A stretch of 64,000 nt of DNA from Bugula neritina (GCA_964035545.1 OZ037768.1:23779319-23843318); one strand, 5' to 3'; positions 1 to 14,607 are shown, counted from the stretch's first letter. The notes: generated by a model not told the origin, from the letters alone. Program-made: numbers and translations.

Positions 1-419
1 CATTAGAAAGTTTTTGCTGTTTTCTAAATCTGCACCAAAATAATAAAAACTTTGTGATATAAAGAAGGGCAAACTTGTCCTGTAAATGCAGCATGTAAAG
101 TTAAATGCTACTTTATTAAGCTGACCTCCTTGCCTACTTTGTGTAACATAGCATTAAAGGACGTGATACAAAGAGAGCATTGAGGTGTAGACCTTAAAAC
201 TATTACAATAGTCACTTATTTCTTATAACAAAATCTACTTTTGTTTTTACCAAAGCAATGATATAATGAGTATTGTGGAATGTGTTTATAATTAGCAAAT
301 GTTATTCTTGTTAATTATTAATTCAGCCTTCCCCGAAAAAAAGTTAATGGAGTGTGAAATTGTCACCACTAAACTTAACTCAATTAAACGTGTGGTGCCA
401 TATTGAAATTAAGAGCCCA

Positions 420-552
420 AAGAAACTAATGATTAATGTTAATTAAGAAAGCAATGAGTAATGCCAACTAAGAAAGTAATTAGTAATTTCCATTAAGAAA
501 ATAATTAGTAATTTCCATTAAGAAAATAATGAGTAATGTAATGCTAAGAAAC
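420..552. repeat. ~24-25 bp degenerate tandem repeat (TAAGAAAATAATKAGTAATTTCCAT) next to a splice donor
   Basis: About 5 visible copies directly downstream (on -) of the 556 donor. Confidence 0.7.
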
Positions 553-555
553 TAC

Positions 556-3500
556 CTCTGGTTCCTCATACTCTTCCAGAATGTGGTCTAATCTCCTTGT
601 CTCTCGCAGCTTCATGGCTTGACGAAACATGCTCTCTGACTTCTTTAAATCCCATTTTCTAGCTGCATCAAACAGAAACAGTATTTTAGAGTTCACAGTT
701 GAATCTTATATCAATTTTGTAGAGCTACTGGTGGATTGTATTGGCCATTTCATTAAATTTATTGTACATAAAAATTTCACAAATAATTTACTTTTGCAAA
801 AATATGGGAACTAACTTTTTTGTTGATTTTAAACAAAACGTGAAAACTAATCAAAAACAGTGTGATAATTATTTATCGACTTATCGTTTACAGAGCATTT
901 TTTAAAATTGTTTCAACTAGTATTTTAAACAATTTCCAAAATTTCAAGTTTTATTTTTCAAGTTATTATTTTCTGTTTTGTTGGAGAAAATATGAGGAAA
1001 ATATGTTGTGCAACAGAATAGTAATGCTATGATGTCATAGCATGCCGTTCTTAAAACAGTCCAGGCGTGAAACGAGTGCCTGTTTACAGTTTCTATTTTT
1101 GTTTACCAATTTAAACAACACTTTTCCTGTAAAATTAAACCTGTAACTTTATGACTATGAACTGATAAACTTAAGCATATCACTTCATCTAGAATGATAT
1201 AAGATATACCAGCTATAAAGATCGCTTATATCATTGACATAAAAACAAGAAAGAGAAATTTTTATGTAATACTCTATACAAATACTGATTTTCTATATTA
1301 TTTCTATAGTGTTCAAATTACTCAGTAGCCCCTGTGGTGCAATGGTTAGCTCACCAGCTTGTAAGCTGGAGGTCTAAGGTTCGAATCCCAGTGAGAGCAA
1401 AAGTCTTACAATTTCTGTATTAATGCCAAAGCTGGTTCAATTACCACCCAAATGCAAAGATTAAATCTCAACTTCAAGTATCAGGCACTAACAAATGTTC
1501 ATTAATATTGCTTAAACAGCTATTGTGGTGAAGATAAGATCTCTGGTACCATATGCCACCTAAACTGTTTACTAGTCTGTAACTATGACGTAATAGCAAT
1601 TTACCATTATATTTTATAATTATACTAAATACAATTATAAGAAATAACTTGTTCTCCTTTGAATTAACAATTTATTTCAGCTCTAGCACAATCGTAGGAC
1701 ATGGAGACTAATGCATTTGCAATAATTGAACTTGAATTAATAATTTGCCAAGTACTAATCTCTGTAAGTCCAGTATATATACTATGTTTCCATATGTACT
1801 ATGTTTCCATGTATACTATGTGTCCATGTGTACTATGTTTCCATGTGTACTATGTTTCCATGTGTACTATGTTTCCATGTGTACTATGTTTACATGTGTA
1901 CTATGTTTCCATGTATACTATGTTTCCATGTGTACTATGTGTCCATGTGTACTATGTTTCCATGTATACCTATGATATTTTCATTTTGCCAAATTTTTGT
2001 GGGAATAGAAAAGTCAGGTGGGGTGGGAGAAGGGGTTAACATCAAACGCCCTTCTATACTGTTCTACAGTCATAGCTATAAACCAAGAGTTTTTTTTGGG
2101 GGGGGGGGGGCACTTACTTTACAGAAATTCAAAGAATTTCTCAAGTTATATTCAATTATTATATGATGAAAACTCTCACCAAAACAGAATTTCACCAGCT
2201 CACTGTCTGCGTGTAGATAATACCCAGGCTTTAGGATATCCTCAATTGACTTTTTAAACTGAAACATAAACAAGACATTGACCCAGTAGTACCATGGCAA
2301 CGGCAAATCATTTAACAGAAAATACTAGATAATTCTAGAAAATAGCACTATGATGTTTTTCAAAGAAAGTAACTAATAGCCTAGTTATTAGAAAGTAAGG
2401 TGATTTCTTCTTTAAGTTACAGATTAGCTATAACATATACTTACATTATAGTAAGTATATTATAGTAAGTATGTTATAGTAAGTATATTATAGTAAGTAC
2501 ATTATAGTAAGTATATTATAGTAGACAAATAAATACTCATATAATAGAGTCTATAGAGTATACTGCTTTGATCATACTTACACGTGTGATTTAATTAATG
2601 TTACTTTTCAATATATTCAGTAATTGTATTATATTATGGCATAACAATGTCTATTGTGCCTTGAACTTTTGTAACTAAGTTATGCAATTGACTACCAGCT
2701 CAGTTTCAACTCTCAAGGGTTTAATGTCACTACATGTACATGTCACAGTTTCCTACAGTTGCCATGAACAGCTTTTCTCCCAACTTGAAGTAGAAAATGA
2801 TCTGGTCAGAGAGATTAGTACAGGGACGTAACACTTGAATGCGTAGTAGAGATGTTATCAGTCAAACTCTTGAATTTAAACAACACGAGTTGGAATTTAT
2901 TTACTACTGTTGATTACTACAGCTAGAGTGTAACACAAATCCTAATAAATTAGAGATTACATAGAAACTTATTTACTGTATACTCAGTAGGACAGAAAAT
3001 TCATACCTTTATTACATATTATTACCTGTTTCTATATTATATACCATTACCTGTTTTCTATACACAACTCTGTACTTACAAGCTAGCAATAAACAATGTA
3101 TAGCAAATGTAATATGCAGTAAAACCTTTAAATTACTGATAAAATCACCAAGTCTTATAGCCTATGATCCATAATGCTACTCCCCACCTCCAATTGTTCA
3201 GTCCGAGTGAAGCTATCGTTACCATCTAATAAATGTAGATAGTTAGCTAGATTTCACTGTTTGGTGTTTGAAGTTTAAGGGAGGAGAGACTACCTTCAAA
3301 CTTCAAGCAGTAAAACTGGTCAAACTGGTAGTTAGGCTAATCATTGTGTACAATACAACCAAACTCTCTCAGCTATATTTACAGTCAAACTAACATCTAA
3401 CTTTCTCTCTAAAATCAGGGACTTTCACCGAACATATAATAAACCAGTGTACTTTCCTAAACAATTTGCATAATTTAATTTTTTATAAAGTAGAAAAAAC

Positions 3501-6096
3501 AGTTGAGTTTTTTGCTTCTCATAGCCTAAGATCTCTAATTCTCGTGTTGGGGTGACCCACCTGCTCAAACAAGACTTGCTGTTTGCTGCTAAGACTCAGG
3601 TCTTCGTTGGCCTGCAACAAAAAACACAACATGGCATGTAATGACATCACCAGAGGCACGGCAGCCTTTCACCCAAGCCGATGACAGCTCACATGGCTAA
3701 TCATTTTAATTTGATTAATTTTCCAGCTCAGTCATTGGAGTTTTTTATTAATTACACAAATATTTTTATGGCAGTTGGACAAAACAAACAACTTGTCTAT
3801 TTTATAGCCTCTCTCTCTAGCTTCATACGTTATTATTGCATCAATTACATTTTTTATCTACTCAAAGTTGGTACAGCATTTTAAATCTGACCACAAAAAT
3901 TGCTCAAATTATTATAAACACATCAAAAAGGGGCACAGTACATTATAATTAACTTATACAGACTACAGTAGATTTATGTCCAATTTAGTAATACAGATCC
4001 TTTTAGTTAGTACAGACTTTACTAGTCTTTGATTTAGTAGTAATTTATTAATCACTGCCCAAATACAGCCACATATCAGCTAACTGGACATTGTATCACA
4101 TCTCCACTAATATAAACTTCTGCAGAATGAAAACTGGCAGCAAAAGAAAGGATGTCAGGATTACTAGAAAGTTGAAAACCATCTGAAAATTGTATTCCAA
4201 TTGAAAAATTGGGAATTGTTGATTATATGCGATGCTATCCCCATCTTTACAATATAGGGAAACAAAACTATCAAGCAAAAGTACTAATAAACTTTACATA
4301 ACATATATGAAGGCTTTTCCTTTCCTATATCACTAAATTTAGTTTAATAGAGTAGATTAAAGAAATAGCAATCCTTTTAACCGCATTAAAAGCTTTATTT
4401 CTGTTGTTTTAGGGATTATTATTTCAACAGCAGCTGATTCTGAAAGGCACAGCTGACTTAGAAGTTAACCCAGAGTTGCATGAATAAATCCCTTTCCCAG
4501 AATACATTGTAATGACAGCTTCTATTGAAGATCTGGGCAGATGCAAAGTTGTAGCTATATAGCTGTAAAATGAGATCTAAATAGCTGTCTACTTGTGAAG
4601 TAAAACAATGACGTCTCAAACCCAAACCCAAGTTAAGTGAAAATATAGAGAATTTCCTTCATAGACTTCTATTATCTAATAGACATCTGAGTATTCCCTA
4701 ATAGTATAGTAATCTATGAGTATTATATAAGAGCCGGAACTGTTCATAAATGATGTTAAAACATGCTTTACACTCCAATGAGCAGTTTGAATCTGCAAGT
4801 AGGTGGGTTGTATTGCACCTAGTGCTATGGGTGGAGTTACCTTTGAGTTGTGTTAGTTGAAAGATAAGATCACAACAAAACAATTAACATATAATTTGAT
4901 AGAATTTAATTGACTGCGGAAGACTAAGGAAATCCTGTTTTTAAAAAATTTAGAGCTGAAAAAATTGACTGGTTTATGTATAACTTCAACCCCAAAATAA
5001 ATTTTAATTGACTTTATGTGAGTATTTTATTATTTTATAAAAGCTGACAAGCTTACAGCTTTTAATTACCTCAAATTTATGCAAAATGCTTAAAAAATTC
5101 TTCAATGAATTCGGTGAAATTACAAAAGTATATGACCAGATCCGGCATGCATAGTAAATGGACTGCAGTTGCTGGGGAAACAAGCCAATTCATATTAAAA
5201 GTAAATTGATGACAAATACCAGGGCACCTTGCATACGTAATGAAAAGAGGATGTAGAAATGAGAGCACCTGTTAAAACAAGTCAAAGGAGGAAATGGCAT
5301 GACACCAAACATTCAATGCTAACATATCAACACAGCCACAGGGTATGTTATTATATAAGGTGTTGAGAGTGTGTGAGTAACATAAGATACATGCATGTTG
5401 AAATACATCTCCCCCTGCCCAATTATACCTGTATTCCTTTTACTTTACTAGGGTGTCCTTCATTCTATAAATATTACAAGTTTGAAAACCAAGTTTTCGA
5501 TTCTTTTACCTTGCGTCTAGCTGTTTTTAAAAACTACCCAACCGTCACCATTATTTTGATTATGAGAATATTGATAATAAGTGAAACCAATTAATAAACT
5601 ATCAAGAACAGTAGCGGAGAAATGTTAATAGCCTATGTTTTTTAATCGTCATTATGAATTTTGGTTCCTAAAGAATATAATTTTATCTAGAACACAGGCT
5701 TTACTAAATTTTCCCATCCCTGCATCTACCTCAAGAGATACACTGCAGCTACTCTGAAATGGGTGTTGAAATTGAATATATAGTTTTCAAAATGAAAATA
5801 CCATAAGCATATTTTATATACTAAACTGCTTTGAACCTATTTATTCTAACAATCGCCAATATACTACGAATGAAAGGCAAAAATCAAAGCACTATATAAA
5901 TGTTATGCAATCTTAAGAAATTGGCTTAAATGCCGAATATGTCTTCCTGTAACAAGTTTTATGCTCATCAGTCATGGGACACGTATTTTATGCTAGTATA
6001 TAAATCGCTTTAATGATAAAAGATTAAATGACAAATGATTTAATTGGTAAATGAAGCTGTTATTAAACTCACGTTCTGATCTGTGATGAGAGTCAT
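556..6096 (-). CDS. SEC14-like (CRAL-TRIO N-terminal) lipid-binding protein, 5' part; gene continues beyond the left edge
   Basis: Phase-compatible GT-AG exons 6096-6073, 3611-3561, 2258-2180 and 662-556 give MTLITDQN-ANEDLSLSSKQQVLFEQ-FKKSIEDILKPGYYLHADSELVKFCF-ARKWDLKKSESMFRQAMKLRETRRLDHILEEYEEPE. This matches the SEC14L2-type N-terminus (DLS..Q...L..F; ARxxDLxKSExM). The first exon is the least certain. Confidence 0.8.
1328..1400 (+). mobile_element. tRNA-derived SINE head or tRNA-Thr(TGT)-like pseudogene
   Basis: A box TGGTGCAATGGTTAGC, B box GGTTCGAATCCC and a CCAGC-TTGTAA-GCTGG hairpin. The acceptor and T stems do not pair properly, so it is not called a functional tRNA. Confidence 0.6.
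1778..1970. repeat. 17-bp minisatellite (TACTATGTTTCCATGTG)n, intronic
   Basis: About 11 copies seen directly; explains ORFs 1701, 1745 and 1801. Confidence 0.95.
2443..2522. repeat. 15-bp tandem repeat (ATTATAGTAAGTAT-like)
   Basis: About 5 copies visible. Confidence 0.8.
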
Positions 6097-8952
6097 TGTA
6101 ATTGAGATTACGATCACTGGGACTGATGCTATCCTTTTTGGTTTTTCTCAGCTCTGCAGTCGAGTTTGGCAATTGAGTCTTCGAGTGATGAGAGTCTATT
6201 TATAGCAGTATTCTCTTGAGCAATCTCTTGTTCTACAGACAAGATCGTAAAGAAAACAAGTAAACAATCGGGGAGGTAAACAACAGTTTAAATATGTTTA
6301 TCTTCCCCAATTTCTTCACACTGACATGCGCGTATCGCTTACCTAAGTCACCAACAGCTGAATGCGATGTGAAACACGAAAGCGACGTCACACATGATTG
6401 AGCACGGAATGCCGTGCAAAGCAGGAGGTATGCTTCCCTTGGAACTAAATTACTATTAGTTATTATATGGTTGTGTGGCTATGGGCACGTCTAGTTCTTA
6501 GTGACCGTTGTATAGACACTCACTCTAAGTCTATATTCTCATTTAAACGTGCTGCAGTTCAATGATCGTAACAATTGATTAATTTGAAAACATTCACAAG
6601 TTATAATGAATTACATCAATCTTTTAAAACTTTTTTGTTGAAAACACTACTCGCATTCAATTGACAACAAGAGAAATTTGAGTATGCCAAGGGCTGCTGT
6701 AACAATGCTCATTTTTAGCCACTATAATATTGGTCATTGCTGGCTATCGGTTCCATTATTCACTGTTTTGAAATGCTATATCTGTCATCGGCATAATTAA
6801 TAATGCATTCCTAAAGACATAAACCACCAGAGATTTAAAGCCAGTCATTTTTGTGAACTATTCAGTAGTAGTAGAACTAGCATAAATTATACTTTCAATT
6901 TTAAAAAGTCAGTTCAAATAAACCAAATGTGGGAGGGGTTAGTATTTAGTTAAGGCCATAAGACATGAGTTACTACCCCTAATCCACCACTGCACCCATT
7001 GTAGTGGTTATGGAGCAACCCCCTCTCCTACCACAGCCAGACTGTTGCAAAATGCTCTATTAATAATCACAAACAGACGAAATGACTGCTTGTAAGTTGC
7101 ATACAATCAACAATAACAGCTTATGGATGAGAAATTTATGTTAATTGAAAGGTTTTATCATTAGCTTTCAATTCAAAGCTTAAAAAATTACAACTAATAT
7201 AATAGATGATGCAAAGCACTTTAAAATTGAAATAATTTTAGAAATAGAGTTACAAAGCACTGATAAGTGCAACGGTCACATCTAGTCGTTGTATTATTTA
7301 TAGTTAAATAAGAATTTGATTTCATATTTTCATTTAACAGTATGCAATAAATTGGGGAACAAACCTCAACTGAAGAAGTAGATGGTGGTTAGTCATTCAG
7401 TAGGAAAGTGTGTTCTATTTATATATACATTGTTATATTTATAGACAAGGAGACTATAATATGAATAAAAGCTAATTAGCTGTGAAATTACTGTGTCTAC
7501 TTCTAAACAGTGTTTTGTTATTGTCAGGGGCTGATAATTATTAGCCAATAATAAGTTAGCCTTTGTGACAGCATACTGGTACAGTGTAGGGCGGAATTAT
7601 GCAGTGAATGTCTGATATTTGAATGCTATTACTTGGCACACAGGCTAGGCGTTTGCTAATTGATTATCTATATATTATTATTGCCAGAAGTAAGACCCAA
7701 GAGAGCATTACTTGATGTGTATAGTCTCAGTTTCTTCAAATCTCAGCCTATGTAGCCCCAACTCTTAACTATGTCTAGCATTAGCTAGGCTCAGTTTGTA
7801 TATGCCTACATTAGCGGCAGGCTAAGTCTTGGCTGGCTTCCAATTTAGTGTAAAAATTAAGCAATCCATAGCAATAGCTGGAAGCTAAGGAATGTATGCT
7901 TCATAGGTTGGAAGTTGACCAATTTTGACAGCTAAGCAGGTTTTGCTACATGTACTAGGTTGATTGGCACGCACCTGTTAAAATGGCAATTTATAATATC
8001 TTCAAAGTTGATGTTTTAGATAAGTTGGAATTGTCCGTTATAAGAAGGCTTTCCCTCCATTTGACTGGTTGTAGGAAAGTTCCACAGAGTTGCATATACA
8101 CATGAGGTTTTGAAATAATTGTGTCGTAAGTCCAAGAGACTGAGAAAATGCAATATTTCAGTCAGAAATCTTCCACCTTCAATTTGCTTTACTTATTCAA
8201 ACTTCACTTTTGACCCTGGTGTCACACCAGCTTTAAAATACATTATTATAACCCGGCCCACAGCACTTTTTAAAATAGGAAATAATTGAAATTATAAACA
8301 TGCTATTATTACGGCTAATGCATTTATATAGAAAATTGAGACTATATTGTATGTAGAGCTCAGCTAAGTCTTCATCAAATAAACTACATGATCTAAGGCT
8401 AACTATACTGATGCCTAAGGCTATATATGAACTGGGTGTAACCTTTATTTGAACTTTTAGAGAATTCAACTGTTTATACTGAAAAGTGTATCTGTTTTAC
8501 TTGCTCCTCTACTATACACTTGACATGTTCATTGTTGTAAGTTCACAGCATAAACAAGGTCATTCTTCAAAAAATTTAGTCTCAATCAATTTAAATAAAT
8601 ATTGGCATAAGCCAGGCTAAAAAGTGGGGAGTTACCCAAGTAAGCATGTCAACATACTCTGGAATAAATCACCACACATGCCCCTTTAGAATAAACTGCT
8701 TAGCTACCCTGCAATCTCTTACCATATTCATGCTGCCATATTGTGAGTTATAGCTCTAGAATAAACTGATATTACTAAATAATAATATTATTGTGTACCT
8801 GATAACCTGGACATAAAACATGTCTAAAATGTATCTGGTAAATAAAACAAATAAAGTATGGTATATGACATGACTTTTGATTTTCAATATTTATTGTTTA
8901 TTCATACGCAATTATGTTAACTTGATAATGTTTTGGATGACAAATAATTGCC

Positions 8953-9070
8953 AATGTGATTGGTTAATACTGCAATAGTATTACATATGGGCTAATGTGA
9001 TTGGTTAATACTGCAACAGTATTACAGATGGGCTAATGTGATTGGTTAATACTGCAACAGTAACGCAGAT
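8953..9070. repeat. 39-bp tandem repeat x3, each copy with a CCAAT box (ATTGG)
   Basis: AATGTGATTGGTTAATACTGCAA occurs three times at 39-bp spacing. Confidence 0.85.
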
Positions 9071-9994
9071 GTAGAGTAGCTGATGTCAATATTTAATGTA
9101 TTTTTAGCTTATTGAACTCTCAAAATTTGTACAGTAATTGCATTTTACACAACTTTAAAGTTGTATTCATTTCTATATTAGACTATGCATACTACATGCA
9201 ACTCCAACATAGTCCTATAAAGGAGATAACTCTAAACTGGTTTCTGTGAATTAAGTTATGGTGTACTTTAGCGTGCTAATCTTTCTGCAAAACTAAAATA
9301 GTTCTTCCTGACCAAAAGGATCAGCAAATTTTGCTTTGTTTCACAGCAGAATGTAACCAATGAGCTTGAAGATAATATATAGTTGCTATATGATTATTTT
9401 TGTGTTTGTTGGCAGGCCTTAAAACACTGAAAGTAAACAACTTAAATTGATAGAAATTTTGTCCTTGGTGTACTAGGAACTTGGCAAACAAATTTTTAAG
9501 TCCCATTTGCTAGAGTAATGCCACGTGTTTGCATCTAAATTATTCATATTATGGTAAACTCTTCTGTTTATGTATATTCAACACTCATTAGAACACAACT
9601 CCAGTATAACGTTTTCTCTACTGTATGTGAATGTACATTATATCAGACTAGTTGCAAAATAAAGCATCACATTTTTATTGTTTAAATGAAAATAACTTGT
9701 ACACATGATTTGGCAAAAGGGAGAGATGAAGCATAATGAGGAAATCACTTAAATTTACCTGTTTAATAGTGTAATATAACTATGTAGATGTAATATAACT
9801 ATGTCCATATAATATGTAACATATACATTAGGTATTGACAATGCATAAAAAGCACTTGCAATACAACATCTCCACAACATTATACAATATTATTTCATTA
9901 TTAAATATTAATTTTATCCATAAGTTCACAAGAGACTAGATTGCAGATGTCCGATTCCAGAATGTTCTACATAGTTAGTTTCGATGGTGAGGGG

Positions 9995-10185
9995 TGAGTC
10001 CCACTAGTAGTGAGTCACACTACTAGTGGGACTCACTACTAGTATGTCACACTACTAGTATGTCACACTACTAGTATGTCACACTACTAGTGTGTCACAC
10101 TAGTAGTATGTCACAGTGACTCATACTACTAGTAGTGTGACATATTACTAGTATGACATACTAGTACTGTGACATACTACTAGTG
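9995..10185. repeat. Foldback: 17-bp hairpin plus 16-bp units (ACTACTAGTATGTCAC) in forward then inverted orientation
   Basis: GAGTCCCACTAGTAGTG...CACTACTAGTGGGACTC is a perfect inverted repeat, and later units are reverse-complemented. Confidence 0.85.
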
Positions 10186-10272
10186 AATTACTAAACATTA
10201 ATAATCAATAAAAATTGAATGATGTTAAAAGTAGAGGATTTTATAATTTATTGACTGATTGGCTGATCGTAT

Positions 10273-12989
10273 TCACTCTCCTCCCTGCTCACCCTGAGAG
10301 TTCAACATCACTAAGAGTAAGACGGGGACGATGTACATCCACTACAAACATACATCAACAGTTCAATGAACTTAGTCTAACACTAGCATGTGCTCCATCT
10401 AACAAGATTATATTAATAGAGAAGAAGTTTGTTGATATCTTACACAAAATCACTGAGTATATATACGTAATAAATGACTTATTCCTTTATACTTTCATTT
10501 ATAATTAACAGTCTTAAATTTCATTTTCACTGCTTTTACATTGTAAAACACCTACATTTATTATACTTTACTATACATTGTCAGACTTACGTACATACTT
10601 ACCATACCTACTGTACTTACTATACCTACTACATTTACTATACATACTATACTCACATATACTTACAATACTTATACTATAGTTACATATACTTACTATA
10701 CTTATACATATACTTACATATACTTACTACTTATACGATACTCGCATATACTTACTATACTTATACGATACTCACATATACTTACTATACTTATACGATA
10801 CTTACATATTTAGCAAAGAAGGATCTGTTATCTTCACCTTCGCCTTTTAGTTTCTTCTTCTTTTCTTCTTCAACTTTCTTGACATACAAAGATGTCTCGG
10901 GTCTAAAATATTCACCCAGGAATTATACAGAAGGAATAGTGAGTGTGACGAGACAACTCCAGAATATATAACAGTGTAGTTGAAAGAGGACGACTTTCAG
11001 AAAACTACTAATAATAATTCGATAAGCATTTATGTGTTGCAGTTTATCTGAAGCAAATTTTCTAGCAAGGAAGGACAATCAATAAAAAACCAAAACAAAA
11101 TTTTGAAATTTGAGTTTCAATTTTCTTAAAAATATCAACAGTCATGAAACTATTGCTGTATGTCCCCTACTGCTAGCATTCTATTCATAGTAGGTTTATA
11201 GTATAACAGATGATCTACGTGTATCTAGAGGTGACACTCACTCTGGGGGTGTCAAGGGGTCGACGATTTCAATTCTAGTCTTCACACTGACAGAGCGTTT
11301 AGAGAGGGATTTAGTCAGAGTTCCGTTGCAAGTGGGGACGGGGGTGAGCAGAGAGACCGACATTATCTCCTGATTGGGCAGAGTGTTGATCTCCAGCACT
11401 TCTTGGTAATTATTTTCCAAAAGCAAACACTACAGCAAACAGCACGAGGTGAAATAAAGTTGCTTACAACCTGACCTAAGAAATTAGTAACTTCCTGGTA
11501 GATAAAACAATTGATTAGCAAGAAAGCTGGTTTTAGTGCTTTATCAACAATAGAGGGTTTTCACATGTCCCTCAAGGAGAATTTGTATTTTGAAGTTGTC
11601 TCCTCCCACCGGGCCGTAAAAGAATTGTTAAATTTACTTTATTTATTTCAAATGATCTCTTCAACGTTGTTTACAGCATGATCTAAGAAATTACTAACTT
11701 CCTGGCAGGTAAATGAATTGATTATCAAGAATCTTTCACAAACAATTGAAACAAATAACCGGTAATTACAAAAGATCTAAAGATAAAGAACTTATGTCAC
11801 CAGACTATACAGTAAAATATATTCATTATACACTGTACACCATTTATCATTTCCTTTGTACCTACATAAGTTAGAGTAAAGACTCGCTATACACTATAAA
11901 TCATGTACAGGCATTTAGAGCTGTACAAAATATAAGATCTAAAGAATAACACTACATTAGAAATAAACTCTATTATATACATGGATGCATCACTTAACAT
12001 TTCATAATTTACCTAATGACACATGTTTAGAACATTTTTGTATATTTACAATGTACAAAATAACATGCTGCTGAGAATGATACAGAAAATATTTGAGTTA
12101 ATTCACTGCATTTTCTACATTAACACATGCTACTTTATGTCACGGTTTAGCCCATCAGAAATAAATAACACAAAGAAAGAGTATTCAAATGTATTTAAAC
12201 ACAAACCTGTTTAATGAATGTCTGAACACATTTCTTGTCTTCACTGCAGACTCTCAGATAGTAAAACCCTTCCCCCTGTACAACATATTGTAATAACCAA
12301 ATATATCAGTATATTATTTTATAGTAGATTAGTATAGCATATAGTATAGTATATGTAGGATAGTACAATACATCATATCATAGAATAGCTACTGTACCAC
12401 CACATTATAAGGTCTACCTACTAGTCAAATGATGGACTCCATATTCCCATAAAACCGATTCTCATATACTTATTTGCAGCCACAGCATGATTACACAGAA
12501 AGTAGGACGTACACATATCATTCAGATAAACTGACGGAGTTACTCACAGTGAGACTGTCAAAGCTTTTCATCAAGTTAGTGTCGTCATACATGGAACACT
12601 GAAGCTTGGTTGAGGGAAAGCATTTCAGCGTCCCCCTACTGGAGAACTGGGACTCTGGTGAGAACTTATGCTCTACAGTGTATTCTGTAGGACTGGCAGA
12701 CACAAGCTGAGTGAATAGAAACACTCCTTTATATATTTGATTTTATGTTTTATTCGAATTTTGCATACCATAAAAACACTAGTATTAACAGATCAAATTT
12801 TAGGCTAAAATATAGTGTAAAAAGTGATGAAATCACATTTGTGACGATTTAAATTTAACAACCAATGTGATGTCAATACAACTCATATCTGGTATTGTAA
12901 GTATGGTACTAGAACTAGAGCAGTAACAAAAGGCCTACCTGCATCAAATTGAACACTATCGCTAGTATTCCTACACTTGGTTTTTCCAT
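10273..12989 (-). CDS. EMC10: ER membrane protein complex subunit 10 (~210 aa, 6 coding exons)
   Basis: Exons 12989-12939, 12706-12548, 12275-12207, 11429-11242, 10902-10806 and 10341-10273 join in frame. Product has a signal peptide, the VEH..FSSRG motif and the EMC10 C-terminus PETSLY...DNRSFFAKY-WMYIVPVLLLVML. Confidence 0.9.
10560..10810. repeat. ~30-bp degenerate minisatellite anchored on the EMC10 last-intron donor
   Basis: CTTACTATACTTATACGATACTCACATATA repeats; on - each unit contains ATAT|GT(G/A)AGT. Confidence 0.8.
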
Positions 12990-14607
12990 GACTGTCAAGT
13001 GAAAAGCAACTACAGCAACAAAATCCTAGTAAATGTGACTGCAAATCTTAAGCTGAAAAGGAGATACAACTGAGTATTATTTGTATGTTATATATTGATC
13101 ATGAAGTAAGTTGATATTTCAGGAGATTGAGATTTAGACTAAGTTTATTTTGTGTCCTTATGTATCATGTTATAATTATGATAATGAATGTAATAACCAG
13201 TTGTTGGCAAACAATCAAATTCAGATGAAACTGGCTATAAAGTCTAAAATACCTGAACCACTGAACCTATAACTATAAGTCACAATACATTTTGAAAAAT
13301 TAATTTGCTTTCTCCCTTATGTCTTATGGGCTTACAACAATTATTTAATTTTATGTAATGTACTCAGTCTCATCTCATTTAATGTTGTATGTAAAAATCG
13401 TACAAATACTTATAATTATACTACCAGTGGCAGTACCACTACAACTAACATTAGTAGTTCTACCAATACAACTAGTACTACCACAGTGGCAGCTTTTAGT
13501 TTTTGCTAAAAATTAAAATTGTGCAAGACCAGGACCCAAAAAGAAAAGTAGGTTGAAGAAATAAACTGTGTTTTGGATGAAAGAAGTTGGTGTTACGCTC
13601 TTACTCGTAGTCATTAGTCTTACTCTTAAACTTATACTTATAGTTATACTAATACTATTACTTATAGTATTAGTTAGACTACACTAATACTTGTACTTAA
13701 TTGTATAGTATTACTATTACTATTAGTATTAGTTAACTTATACTTATAGTTATACTTATACTTAATAACTTATACTTATAGTTAGTGTTACTGTTACTGT
13801 TAGTTTTTGATTCAACTTGATGATGGCCGCTTTCTAGTTATACTTATACTTTAGTCAAATATGTCTTACTTTTTGCACTGATATTTATATCTTTAAGCTT
13901 AAAAAATAAAATCACTGGTAGCCAAGAAGTTAGACTTACATTTTGATTTACAAGTTAGTGTTACAGGACTTGAAATAATTATAATGATAAAAACTACTTT
14001 ATTGAATCAAGAAAGTAATTAAATAGGTGCGACAACTTTAGCTTAAAAAGTTAAAAAACGTAGCTGGATGATATTGAAGGCTCTCCAAACTTTGTTATTG
14101 CCTGATATGTGTGAACAGTGGCAATATATTACTTTTTCTCTTTCAAATCGAACACATTTCGCTTTGTGTATAAACGTATGAGAAACTTTATCGTGTCGAT
14201 AAGTCGAATTCAAACAACAAGTGCGTCATTGGGTCATTGCATGACAAACCCTCGTGTTGGCGTTATAGGGAAATTAGTCAAATTATTTTAATAGTAATTG
14301 TAATCATTTTACCAATATTAAAAAGTATTGTAAATAAATATAGTATTAATATAATCACTTTACATACAATATGATTATGTTTCATTGCAGTATGAGTATG
14401 ATTAAGTATTTGTACTTTTACTCAAGTACTAGTACTAGTAGTTATCATTAAATCATAATCAATATCATAATGATAATCATATTGATATTCATAATCATAA
14501 TGTCAATCACAATGATATTATATTAAATTATTAATATTAGTATTATTGATAATGATGATTATAATCAAATTCAATTAATATTATCAATAAATATAATAAA
14601 ATTGAAT

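Noticed and set aside
1328-1400. Functional tRNA-Thr
   Set aside because: Acceptor and T stems are mispaired and the anticodon loop geometry is non-canonical.
1701-2166. Cys/Tyr/Met-rich ORFs
   Set aside because: Translations of the 17-bp intronic repeat.
10474-10971. 165-aa Tyr/Thr-rich ORF
   Set aside because: Antisense to EMC10 and made of the donor-anchored repeat.
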